Source: Yuukianura sp. NJ FZ-2021 (taxonomy: Eukaryota). From it: a stretch of 64,000 bases of DNA. Positions within the stretch are counted from its first letter, which is position 1; each line of letters starts with the position of its first letter. Where the stretch lies: the NCBI GenBank assembly GCA_046563655.1, contig CM102289.1, positions 4,774,001-4,838,000 of the forward strand, in the 5' to 3' direction. Of the stretch, positions 12,001-19,690 are shown in pieces. A program made the position numbers and the translations under genes. The notes under the pieces were generated by a model, which did no database searches, was not told where the DNA came from, and worked only from the letters and a program-made list of their open reading frames with translations.

Positions 12001-15000
12001 TGAGAACGGCATGTCCAACAGACCATTGCCCGGACCACCTGACAACTCCAACGACGAAGAGTGGGAATCGGAGACCACCGTCGTGCCAGACTCCTGGGTC
12101 TGCGCATGAGTACGAGTCACATCACCGCCCTTCCCAACATTTCCTACAGTAGGGCGCTCACTCGTGGTCCCCCTGTTGAGCCCACTCCGACTACGAGACG
12201 ACTTTGTTTTTGGTTTGACCTGACTTGGAAGATTCTTTGGGTCTGAATCGAATGCAGTTTCGGATTTTGAAAAAGAAAACTTGGGCTGGTCATCACTCCC
12301 GATCAACCACCCAGAAGGAAAAACCCCAGCGTTAAACTTTGAAAGAAAATCTCTGCCCAAGACCACAGAACGAGACAAATTAGGACTAACGACAAAATGC
12401 TGCTTACACTTTCCTCCCTGCCACTCCACCGTGAGGTCAACTGCTTCATCTGTGATGAATGTACCCGCCGCCTGACGAATAGAATGAGGAGATTTTAGAA
12501 GACGAATGTTGAATGTTTTAACGAGATGCAAAATTTGACCTCCCACAAGTGAAATTGAAGATCCGGTGTCTAACAAAGCTTCGAAGGCCTGATTCAGAAT
12601 TTTAACAGAAACTAATGGTGGAGAATTCTCTACTTCGGTACTCAAAGATTCGGCTGTATTGCAATTTGAAACGGAATTGGTAAGATGATCTGGAGCTACG
12701 GAAGTTAGGAGATTTCCCCGGATCGGAGCTGGAGTTATTGCTGACCCGGGGTTTTGCCGTTTCCCGAGGGCAACGACTGTGACGTACTTTGAAGCTTTGG
12801 ACAGTCTCGGCGCCAATGCCCGGATTCCTTGCAGTTGAAACAGTGTTGAGAATTGTTCGGAACTTCGGCTCCTGTGCCATTGATACTGGGTCTCATGTCC
12901 GGAGGCAAGAGACGGTCGTAGGCTGGTTTGAAAACTTGAGTGGTGCGAGGAACGAAGCTGTTTGTCGGAAGAATGCTGTTCTGTTGTGCTGGAGCCCTTG
13001 GTTGCTCTGTTCTTGGTGCCGAATTGGTAACTGGCAAGTCCTGAGTCTGCGCAGGCTTGGATTCTGGACGCTGTCCCTGAGTTTGGTAGTTTTGCGTACC
13101 CTGAGTACTCTGATTTTGATAGCGGGGAGCATGATCTCTGCGAGGCTGTCCACGATTGTCGTCTTGTCGGTGCTGGCTCTGTTCCGGTTTCGCAAAGGCC
13201 AGTCCTGGATCAATGTGAGAAAATGTCGCCGGCTCCTTGTAGGCCCTGTCCTGCTCGATGCTCTTCTCCACGTTGCATGCTTCTTGGTAAAGCTCCATTG
13301 TAGTTCGGTAACGTTTTCCAGTTTGTTCAAGTCTGCGACGAGAATCTGGGTGTAGAAGTGTCCAAATATTTTTGAGAATCTCTTCTTCCGGTGGACAGAA
13401 GGTCAGCTTGTTGTAGAGATTGCGCATGGCCAGAATGTAGTCAGTGAGTCGCTCCTCCTTCCCTTGGTACCGGTCCAGAATGGCCTTGGAGAGTTGACGC
13501 TGGAAATCGGCTGGTTCGAACTTGTTTCGGAATTCTCGACAGAAATCCGTCCAAGTAAATAACCGATGACAAATGAAGCGATACCACGTGGAAGCATCTC
13601 CCTCCATGGAAATGGGCAGAACCAAATCCAGCATCTGCTGCTCTGACAACTCCCTACTCTTTTGAAATTTTTTGAGCTCCAAAATGAAATCGTACGGCTG
13701 AACCCTGTCCTTACTACCTCTGTACTTTGGAACCTTAATGTCGCCTCCCTTCAACACATTCCCTGACTTGGACGGTCGCCTGGCCGAAGAATCCCGACGG
13801 CAACGACTCGAGGGTTCATCGTCACTCGAAAGTTCATCCGAATTCCCCTCGGTAAAGACTCGAGACGGATTCCGCGACTCAGCAACCGGAAGTGACAAAG
13901 AAGCCAACTGTGCCATCATTGTTTTCAAATCATCTTTAAGTTCATTAACTCCGGAGAGTTGTTCTTTAAGTTTGTCCATGTCTTTGCGCATGGCATCGAC
14001 GGCTTTTAATTCAGAAACGTGAGTGTCAACAACTGGTTGTTCTTTAGGTATACACGGAGGTGGTGTACTTTGTCGACTGCGCGAACCTCTGCGTGATTCT
14101 CTCTCCTGACTCTCCCCCTCCTCAAAGTCAACGCTCGCCCTGGCCCTTTTGTTCTTCTTTCCTCGCGGCGCCATTTTTGTATTGTTACTTCCGCTTTTGC
14201 TCAATCAGTTCCTTCTATCTACTACTCAAGGATTTCCCGTCTGAGCCCCCATGTTGTAAGATAAGGAATTTTCGTAGTGGTTAAATTAAGGGACTTCTCT
14301 TCCGCTCTAATTTGTAAACCCCCTTTTCCGTTCCTATCCTTACGTTTTTTCCCGGGCCCTTAGCAGTTTCACCTTAGAAGGGGGTTTCTTCCCTTTCAAG
14401 GGCCGACCGGTCACTCAAGATCACGACTTGACCCCCTTTTTACCTCTGGTAGTAGCAGAAAGAATTTGGCCTCAGTTGATCAGCTACTCCAGCCCGTTAT
14501 TGATCTCGAGTACTCCAGCCCGAAAATCCAGAATAATCCCGCACCCCAGTGCCGCACCAACCAACTCAAACGACTCGAACCAACCAGTACTTACTACCAA
14601 TAATTCAAATGCCGCGGTACACAGCAATTTTAGGGGTCACCAACCCCGTGACATGAGACTGAGATGTTGTGAGTTCAATTCCAAACAACAAAAGAGAAAA
14701 CCGCGCCGCGCCGCTTTACCGCGCTCAACTCGCTAAGTTAATGTGAAAACCAATGAGAAAACAAATGAGAAAAACTCTAATTGAAACCAAACGTGAATCG
14801 CTAATTGAAAACCAGTTAATTGAACGGTAAAATGAAACGGTAAACGAAACGGTACTTTACAGAAAACGAAACGGTATGAAACGAAAATGTCGAACCCTAA
14901 ACCGACAGAGTAACAACCCTAACCAACTCTCCCGGGATCGCCACACGGAGAGGAACCCTCAGCAGCAGGCGGGAATCCCGACCACAATCTGCCCATCCAC

Positions 15001-18000
15001 CAACAAGCCATCCGAGTGCATGGAAGAGAGCCTCTTACTGCCTTCTCCCATGGAAAAGGCACTCTCAACCATGTACTCCTTTCCCCATTTTAAACAACAG
15101 AAGAAAACAGCAGCTGATACTAAATGTGCTTAGTACTAATCAACTTTCTTGTGGGAGTTGATTAGTACTAAGTTTGAAATGATTCGGAGTCCCTAACATT
15201 AATTAAAATTAGATTAATTAGTTGTGGTTGTGTTTGTGTTTTTCCTGGCTTTTGACTTGGAAGTGAAAAGATGAGAAGTGGAAGAGTTGTCCCTACAGTA
15301 CCAATAGAGGGCGCGCGCTTCTCCCTTTCTTATGAACATGACGCTATTTTTGCAGTCTCACAACATCCCCCCTCACAAAGCCACGAAGCGGTCAGTACAC
15401 TTCTTATTCAACATTTTCTCTCCCTGACCCGACTTCCCATTTCCATTTTACAGTATTTACAAGAAATCTTAAATTCTAGATTTAACTTGAAGTTTAACAT
15501 TTTAAAAAATCAAAAGAAAAATTAATCTTTAATTTAACTATGGGGACAAAAATTCATTTAGGACGAAATTCGAAAAATTTACAAAGGAGGGAATCCAGCA
15601 GTAGGCAATCCAAAGTCCAATCCAGTTCAACATTACAGGCAGAAGCCTCCAGGGTCTTCTCCATCAGCAGTCACTCGTCCAGACAACAGTCTCCGTTTCT
15701 GGCGGCCATCTTTCCATTTCCAGTCCACATCCAGTTGCATCTTTCCTCGGAAAGGCCAAGTCCCATCTCTTTTCCTCTGCACGAATCCATCATTGGGGAA
15801 ACGCGCCTGTGTCGTAGTCAAATCCAGGTTTACTCGCTTCCTCCTGTCCATGTCCAACTGAGTTGTCTGGAACTCAGAGAAAAGACGAGCATTAGAGTCA
15901 TGATCGGTGATGTCATTTGTTTCATTTAGTTTTACGCGCCGCTGGCATTGCGTGCGTTTGTCCACTACTCTTTCGCGACACGGTTCAATACTGGACAGTG
16001 ACCTGACAACTACTTCGGAATCTGTGATAGCCTCGGTACTGCCATCAGTCACTTCTGCCCAGTCTTCCCAATGTTCGATTTCTGTGGCGATGCATTCTTC
16101 GAAATTGCAGTCAAAAGTCCCAGTAATCTCTTCCCACACTTCAGAAGTGTTGTCGCCCAATGCCGCCGTTCCAAACTGACAATGGCTTTCTTCTGGAGGA
16201 TCCAACGAACATGAAACTTCCGTCTCTCGAATCAGAGTTTCCGAAGCAACTTCGTCTTGGCTCGATGAGAGGCTAGTGCAATTCTCAAAGGCATCAATCA
16301 GTCCACAGTATTCAAACCCCGAATCTTCCAAAGATTCTTGCTCCATGTCCATTCCAGTATCAAACGTCGAAGAGTGAGAAGCGAGAACCACCGTCGTGCC
16401 AGACTCCTGGGTCTGCGCATGAGTACGAGGCTCATCACCGCCCTTCCAATCATTTCCTACAGTAGGGCGCTCACTCGTGATTCCCTTGTAGATCCCACTC
16501 TGATTTTCCGAAGACATAGGAGCAAACGATACCGAAGACGAATCGTCAACGTACGAGTCCACAGGAACTGCCAGTTCCCTTGGGTCAATACCATTCCCCC
16601 TCTGCCTTGAAAACCTTTGAGAAGCCCCACCAAAACTTGACCTCTCCCTCTGACCTCGAGACTTCCGTCCACGCCTGTCAATCCATCCAGAATCAGCGTC
16701 TGTGGAATGGTTGCTCCCATGGTAGGAGAGTCCAGGGTCAATGACATTGTCTGTTGTTGGCTCGTGGTACATGTTGTCCAGAGCGATTCTTCTTTCAACT
16801 TCTTCGGCTGCTTTGTACAGCTCCCTTGTGTCTGCAAAGCGTTGGCCAATCCATCTGAGTCTGTCTCTTGATTCTGGGTTCATCAGTTCAATGACCTGCA
16901 TGACCTTCTGTTCTTCGGTGTTTGGAGATTCAAGCTTGTCGAAGAGTGAGCACATTGTCAGCACATAATCGGTCAATCTTTCTTCTCTGCCTTGGTAGCG
17001 ATCCATCAGTGCTCTCTTCAGCTCACGTTGGTAATTGGGATGCTCGAACTTGCGTCGGAATTCGGAACGAAACGTACTCCAACTGTCCAGGATCTTGAAG
17101 ATGAACTGATACCAAATGGCAGCCATTCCTGAGAATGCTACTGGCAAGACTTGCTCCATCATGTCCTCTTCGCAGATTCCCCAAACCTGCATGTACCGTT
17201 CCAGTTTCAGCAAATACTCGTACGGTTGTACGCAGTAGCTTCCATCAAACTTCGGCAGAGGGCAATCTCTCCGATTCAGAATCTTGCGATCCACTTGCGG
17301 TACTTTCTCAGCCATCTTTGTGCGGGTCACTGCCTCAGCACAACCATTTCCCTGCACTTTACGCCTGCGCCCGCTCTTTTCCATCTTTGTATTTAATTTT
17401 AACTTTGACTTTGAATTTACGCGCGTAGTGGACAAATCATCGTTTGGATTTGAACTCTGACATCTCTTGTTGCTGACCGATCTACCGCTTAAGGATTTCC
17501 CGTCTGAGCCCCCATGTTGTAAGATAAGGAAATTTCGTAGTGGTTAAATTAAGGGACTTCTCTTCCGCTCTAATTTGTAAACCCAACCTTTTCCGTTCCT
17601 ATCCTTACGTTTTTCCCGGGCCCTTAGCAGTTTCACCTTAGAAGGGGGTTTCTTCCCTTTCAAGGGCCGACCGGTCACTCAAGATCACGACTTGACCCCC
17701 TTTTTACCTCTGGTAGTAGCAGAAAGAATTTGGCCTCAGTTGATCAGCTACTCCAGCCCGTTATTGATCTCGAGTACTCCAGCCCGAAAATCCAGAATAA
17801 TCCCGCACCCCAGTGCCGCACCAACCAACTCCAAACGAACCGAACCAACCAGTACTAACTACCAATAATTGACATGCCGCGGTACACAGCAATTTTAGGG
17901 GTCACCAACCCCGTGACATGAGACTGAGATGTTGTGAGTTCAATTCCAAACAACAAAAGAGAAAACCGCGCCGCGCCGCTTTACCGCGCTCAACTCGCTA

Positions 18001-19092
18001 AGTTAATGTGAAAACCAATGAGAAAACCAAATGAGAAAAACTCTAATTGAAACCAAACGTGAATCGCTAATTGAAAACCAGTTAATTGAACGGTAAAATG
18101 AAACGGTAAACGAAACGGTACTTTACAGAAAACGAAACGGTATGAAACGAAAATGTCGAACCCTAAACCGACAGAGTAACAACCCTAACCAACTCTCCCG
18201 GGATCGCCACACGGAGAGGAACCCTCAGCAGCAGGCGGGAATCCCGACCACAATCTGCCCATCCACCAACAATCCACCCGAGTGCATGGAAGAGAGCCTC
18301 TACCTGCCTTCTCCCATGGAAAAGGCACTCTCAACCATGTACTCCTTTCCTAATTTTAAACAACAGAGGAGTACAGCAGCTGATCTAATTGTGCTTAGTA
18401 CTAATCAACTTTCTTCTGGGAGTTGATTAGTACTAAGTTTGAAATGATTCGGAGTCCCTAACATTAATTAAAATTAGATTAATTAGTTGTGGTTGAGTTT
18501 GTGTTTTTTCCTGGCTTTTGACTTGGAAGTGAAAAGATGAGAAGTGGAAGAGTTGTCCCTAAACTACCAGTAGAGGGCGCGCGCTTCTCCCTTTCTTATG
18601 AACATGACGCTATTTTTGCAGTCTCACAACTTGACTGTTTTATTTGTTGTTTATGTATTGTAGCTGGAATGGGAATGACGGAACCGGATGCAATGCCTTT
18701 AAATCATAAACTACAACCTCGATATAATGACGAAGAAGGAAGCGACGATGAAGCTGAGGCGAATGGAAAATCTGGTGGATTTGAGGCGTTTGTGGAAGAC
18801 CCAGCAATTGTCCGCGCGAGGATGGAGCAGAGGCGAGCTGACAAGTACAATAGAGGTCGAGGTCAGAGGAATCCCGGACAATTTCAAAGGGATGTCGTGG
18901 GTAAGTCGGATTGCCATTTGATATATCGCAGTTTTGTATTTGTTCTTTGTGTATGCCAGTATTTCTTCTTTACCAGGAGTGGCGAAAGGTCATGGCCAAA
19001 GTGCTGAAGTTGTTCACAACCGTCGTAGGAAAGACGAAGCGGGAAGCCACAATCGTCGGAGGGGAGCTGATTTCAAGCGTAGAGAGTTCTAA
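1..19092 (+). CDS. ASCC2: Activating signal cointegrator 1 complex subunit 2 (CUE domain), multi-exon, 5' end outside the window; the intron 2332-18663 holds the retroelement array
   Basis: Motifs WLLGLPHHKFWS, FLRLSTFKE, FDVPKLFDL, CUE-like LVSQVKDLLPDL and YQDEYDDTYDE (exon ends 2331, G|gtaag). Splicing to the acceptor at 18663 restores the frame (EAGMG...FVEDPAIVRARMEQRR). Last exon 18977-19092 reads GVAKGHGQSAEVVHNRRRKDEAGSHNRRRGADFKRREF*, matching the ASCC2 C-terminus pattern. Confidence 0.9.
3005..4113 (-). repeat. LTR type A, copy 1 (3' LTR of the array)
   Basis: TGTAAG...TCTCACA, about 1.11 kb, alignable to 14255-15362 and 17518-18628; PPT adjacent at 4114-4125. Confidence 0.95.
4114..4125 (-). 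promoter_or_regulatory. Polypurine tract (further PPTs at 7626-7638 and 15363-15374)
   Basis: Minus strand GAGGGGGGATGT, or GGAGGGGGGAAGT at 7626-7638, immediately 5' of an LTR. Confidence 0.85.
4383..6134 (-). CDS. Gag-only ORF of the non-autonomous element, copy 1 (capsid domain plus acidic extension; no CCHC, PR, RT or IN)
   Basis: First ATG at 6134 (frame open from 6185). Retrotransposon capsid motifs PKFDG..QPYEYL, AAIWY, WSTFRSEFRRKF, DRYQGREEKLTDY, homologous to the Gag at 12735-14174. Confidence 0.85.
   Translation of the reverse strand: MEKSGRRRKVQKNGCAEAVTRTKMADKVPQVDRKILNRRDCPLPKFDGSYCVQPYEYLLKLERYMQVWGICEEDMMEQVLPVAFSGMAAIWYQFIFKILDSWSTFRSEFRRKFEHPNYQYELKRALLDRYQGREEKLTDYVLTMCSLFDKLEFSPSEEQKVMQVIELMNPESRDRLRWIGQRFADTRELYKAAEEVERRIALDNMYHEPTTGNVIDPGLSYHGSNHSTDADSGWIDRHGWKSRGQRERSSFGGASQRFSRQRGNGIDPRELAVPVDSYVDDSSSVSFAPMSSENQSGIYKGITSERPTVGNDWKGGDEPRTHAQTQESGTTVVLASHSSTFDTGMDMEQESLEDSGFEYCGLIDAFENCTSLSSSQDEVASETLIRETEVSCSLDPPEESHCQFGTAALGDNTSEVWQEITGTFGCNSEECIATEVEHWEDWAEVTVGSTEAITDSEVVVMSLSCIEPCCERVVDKRTQRQRRVKLNEINDKPDYDSNARLFSEFQTTQLDMDRRKRVNLDLTTTQARFPNDGFVQRKRDGTWPFRGKMQLDVDWKWKDGRQKRRLLSGRVTADGEDPGGFCL
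6247..6264 (-). promoter_or_regulatory. Primer-binding site, tRNA-Pro-like (identical copies at 14234-14251 and 17497-17514)
   Basis: TGGGGGCTCAGACGGGAA, 3 nt after the LTR end; TGGGGGCTC is complementary to the 3' end of eukaryotic tRNA-Pro (..GAGCCCCCA). Confidence 0.8.
6268..7625 (-). repeat. LTR type B (about 1.36 kb, single copy)
   Basis: TGTAAGATA...CTCTCACA, flanked by a PBS and a PPT. Alignable to LTR-A only over about 150 bp at the PBS-proximal end and about 60 bp at the PPT-proximal end. Confidence 0.88.
7033..7091. repeat. Short tandem repeat (about 19-bp unit ACTTTAACGACGAAAA.G, about 3 copies) inside LTR-B
   Basis: Seen directly. Confidence 0.75.
7878..9203 (-). CDS. ORF3 of the autonomous element: 441-aa Pro/Lys-rich protein of unknown function at the env position, not Env-like
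   Basis: ATG at 9203, one nt after a branch point-pyrimidine tract-CAG acceptor; intact frame; no signal peptide or transmembrane stretch visible. Confidence 0.75.
   Translation of the reverse strand: MSNLDPNMIVGGIRLGDLAIPPVPTREPPPIAFPVNPSQSQPQPPPPILPTYYAPPPKKHKFVSRSSALRDAKKADAFNTARNPRWQTGTIKVQNFNFKTMDDHWLQRPPSFCIDPGVISISFSNEPGKDVYKRDLTVRAPAWVTTDRPYIPPKKYEPPKKRSQGLPIRQVQKIMDVFEAEQKQKQEDAPMNTWLKFGVPKERQVEALVNMDEFLEKKRKEELEQQKPAKLSATAQMAKQKAALERRQIAKKARGRSPSPPQFDLFAQPLKLTTAKNSKTVQSKLSVPVKQIPSSTITSADLPVPMTAPRTSKSPPKKKPEATITRPEAPITRLEVPEVAPIIPWVRIKKEKGMTQAETPRRPPKLSRADVADDDLLEKWNFGDGVSAFLHPALHRGIETLTQLEGVEILEKEGRDNFRINGKIRMMKKEKFGFKDSDEDD
8131..12765 (-). CDS. pol: Ty3/Gypsy Pol (PR-RT-RH-IN), reached by -1 frameshift from gag, with a long C-terminal extension overlapping ORF3
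   Basis: PR LLDTGSS; RT FCVDYREVN..LGFFDDFLV; RH QCDASGLGIG..TEKECLA..TDHQAL; IN H-x6-H..C-x2-C, IDLMGP, VADNGPAF, ERYN, GPF. Domain order is Gypsy-type; no internal stops. Confidence 0.95.
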   Translation of the reverse strand, partial: GKRQNPGSAITPAPIRGNLLTSVAPDHLTNSVSNCNTAESLSTEVENSPPLVSVKILNQAFEALLDTGSSISLVGGQILHLVKTFNIRLLKSPHSIRQAAGTFITDEAVDLTVEWQGGKCKQHFVVSPNLSRSVVLGRDFLSKFNAGVFPSGWLIGSDDQPKFSFSKSETAFDSDPKNLPSQVKPKTKSSRSRSGLNRGTTSERPTVGNVGKGGDVTRTHAQTQESGTTVVSDSHSSSLELSGGPGNGLLDMPFSNCGLDEGDELLECSLSEGLENVELIDDLMKGVDLPVDHSRELRGIISDFSSIFTKKPGFCSVFEHRIDTGDAKPIFCHPRPMTSVKRDILLDELDKLIANDLVEPARSPWASHVLLTPKKNGSFRFCVDYREVNAVTKDDKYPMPRIDDILCYLSQGHVMSKFDLSDGFFQIGVAVEDRPKTAFITPRGLYQFKRTPQGMKNSPATFQRAMDMVMDKLRFNCVLGFFDDFLVFSKTVEEHMIHLRAFFKTMFEAGFTINPKKVAFCKSEIDFLGYVIEAGKCRPHPDKVSALTNYQIPRNVKDIQRFLGFTGYYRQFVPDFSIKAAPLSKLLRKSETFKWTKECQEGFDYLRKTLQSQVELSLPDLSKPFSIQCDASGLGIGAVLLQETEQGRSPVWFISRKLNGAELNYSITEKECLAVIYAVKKFKAYLEFTEFTIETDHQALTWLQKIKEPTGRLARWALELQGYKYQIKYRSGALNRTADALSRAFEVLTLESDYIPNKDELAHAQIQDAELGPIIKFLKNEELPATNSRDHNNYIVRRAESAFVDESGCLYKYIGNIHCPWEDDGTHWRLWIPHSLRETCLRHFHSSKIGGHLGTSKTYLKLEKRVWWKSMRKDTQNFVKSCEDCQLAKAWKVKPAGFGTSPKVKRPWENLYIDLMGPYTRSSFQNKFLLVVVDNFTKWVELFPLRSGTADVVTKKLWQVFCRWGFPSTIVADNGPAFGKSNVYKDFCKSFGVNALFIPPYHPQPNVTERYNETLKSMIVATIEKCKEWDRYLAELSFALNSSVNQTMKFSPAYLNFGRELRTPFDNVLEIPGGQSSDTQEMAERMNYVWELAKANQLSSQKEYMSQYNKKRKEVTYEIGDLILRKSRVLSNAAKGITASLMNKFEGPFVVAGKKNETILMLNSIGANEFVGEVHVSDCRPFYCCFQNEQSGSEHDCRGNSTRGLGNSTSADTRATSDCIPSESEPVPASTSTANSSNVLRSSSEETQICEPILSTSRCEKGRCLQHCEKSQMADGDNQSPKFQFQNNGRPLASASSFLLYRPRCDLDLLLQRTRQRCLQERLDSASSSLGYDRSALHSAEEIRTTKETQPRTSNPSSSENHGCFRGRTEAETRRCSHEYLAEVRSSQGETGGSTCEHGRISGEEAEGRTRAAKASQIVSHSSNGEAEGSTGTEADCQESSRSFSKSSTVRPLCSAPQVDHSEKLKDSSVQVVSSGEADSIIHHYFSRSSSSNDGPENFQVSSKEEARGHNHSPRSPDHSPRSSRSGPNHSMGENQEGEGYDPG
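12716..12765 (-). promoter_or_regulatory. Programmed -1 ribosomal frameshift signal
   Basis: G GGA AAC heptamer (12765-12759) in the gag frame, 7-nt spacer, then stem CCCCGGGTC / GATCCGGGG; pol is in the -1 frame. Confidence 0.85.
12735..14174 (-). CDS. gag: Gag of the autonomous element (coiled coil, capsid, CCHC zinc knuckle)
   Basis: ATG at 14174; capsid motifs; CFNCKESGHWRRDC knuckle. Confidence 0.93.
   Translation of the reverse strand: MAPRGKKNKRARASVDFEEGESQERESRRGSRSRQSTPPPCIPKEQPVVDTHVSELKAVDAMRKDMDKLKEQLSGVNELKDDLKTMMAQLASLSLPVAESRNPSRVFTEGNSDELSSDDEPSSRCRRDSSARRPSKSGNVLKGGDIKVPKYRGSKDRVQPYDFILELKKFQKSRELSEQQMLDLVLPISMEGDASTWYRFICHRLFTWTDFCREFRNKFEPADFQRQLSKAILDRYQGKEERLTDYILAMRNLYNKLTFCPPEEEILKNIWTLLHPDSRRRLEQTGKRYRTTMELYQEACNVEKSIEQDRAYKEPATFSHIDPGLAFAKPEQSQHRQDDNRGQPRRDHAPRYQNQSTQGTQNYQTQGQRPESKPAQTQDLPVTNSAPRTEQPRAPAQQNSILPTNSFVPRTTQVFKPAYDRLLPPDMRPSINGTGAEVPNNSQHCFNCKESGHWRRDCPKLQSTSQSLPSGNGKTPGQQ
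14255..15362 (-). repeat. LTR type A, copy 2 (shared: 3' LTR of Gag-only copy 2 and 5' LTR of the autonomous element)
   Basis: TG...CA, PBS on one side and PPT on the other, no TSD. Confidence 0.95.
15633..17384 (-). CDS. Gag-only ORF of the non-autonomous element, copy 2
   Basis: Same length as copy 1 with about 30 amino-acid differences by eye; intact. Confidence 0.85.
   Translation of the reverse strand: MEKSGRRRKVQGNGCAEAVTRTKMAEKVPQVDRKILNRRDCPLPKFDGSYCVQPYEYLLKLERYMQVWGICEEDMMEQVLPVAFSGMAAIWYQFIFKILDSWSTFRSEFRRKFEHPNYQRELKRALMDRYQGREERLTDYVLTMCSLFDKLESPNTEEQKVMQVIELMNPESRDRLRWIGQRFADTRELYKAAEEVERRIALDNMYHEPTTDNVIDPGLSYHGSNHSTDADSGWIDRRGRKSRGQRERSSFGGASQRFSRQRGNGIDPRELAVPVDSYVDDSSSVSFAPMSSENQSGIYKGITSERPTVGNDWKGGDEPRTHAQTQESGTTVVLASHSSTFDTGMDMEQESLEDSGFEYCGLIDAFENCTSLSSSQDEVASETLIRETEVSCSLDPPEESHCQFGTAALGDNTSEVWEEITGTFDCNFEECIATEIEHWEDWAEVTDGSTEAITDSEVVVRSLSSIEPCRERVVDKRTQCQRRVKLNETNDITDHDSNARLFSEFQTTQLDMDRRKRVNLDLTTTQARFPNDGFVQRKRDGTWPFRGKMQLDVDWKWKDGRQKRRLLSGRVTADGEDPGGFCL
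17518..18628 (-). repeat. LTR type A, copy 3 (5' LTR of the array)
   Basis: TG...CA followed by the TSD ACTT. Confidence 0.95.
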
Positions 19093-19339
19093 GAAGACTT
19101 CTTCGCCATAATTCGAATAATCTAACCTCAGTCACCCAGTCACCCGAGGCAGTAAATTATAGCACAAGGAGGAATGCGACAAAATCTTAAGAAAAAACAT
19201 GGATAAACACGGTCACCAGAGAAATTCTTGAGTAAAAAACTTTATTATCATTAAGTTTTTACCGAATGTCATATATGATTTTTTGTTAACTTTCTCTGAT
19301 GGATGGATCTTCGAGAAATGCTAGTCAAATTTTTTGCCG

Positions 19340-19690
19340 GACACATTTTGATGGAGTCGAATTTGCAACAGAGTGGAAATGAAACAAAAAATCATCCATA
19401 ATTTCCAAATTTTTAAAAATCGTTAAAAACCCCGGAATTGTGGTTGTGTAACCACATCCACTATGCTCTTTGGTAACGCTGGGAGTTGTGAAACAAACTC
19501 CATTTCATTTAGAATATCTTGACGCTTATTGGCGGCATATCTCCAACCGTGCTATCACCACGCCATGTTCACGGTTCCTCGGGCGGAATTCAGTGTTATT
19601 TTGACCCTTTTTGAAAATTTGGAAACCATATGCTTGATTTTTTGTCTATTTTCCATTTTGTTATAAGTTAGTTTGTATGATGTCAGTTTC
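19340..19690. repeat. Degenerate long inverted repeat (old MITE/foldback-like)
   Basis: About 19360-19430 is an imperfect reverse complement of about 19595-19670. Confidence 0.4.

Larger units (their letters stand above)
3005..18628 (-). mobile_element. Composite tandem Ty3/Gypsy LTR-retrotransposon array: 3 internal domains, 4 LTRs, single 4-bp TSD
   Basis: TG...CA termini; ACTT at 3001-3004 and 18629-18632; each internal domain has its own PBS and PPT abutting a shared LTR. Confidence 0.92.

Noticed and set aside
3005..18628. Hammerhead ribozyme (retrozyme-like) in the LTRs or the shared block
   Set aside because: No CUGANGA...GAAA core in a compatible stem arrangement found by eye; an Infernal search would settle it.
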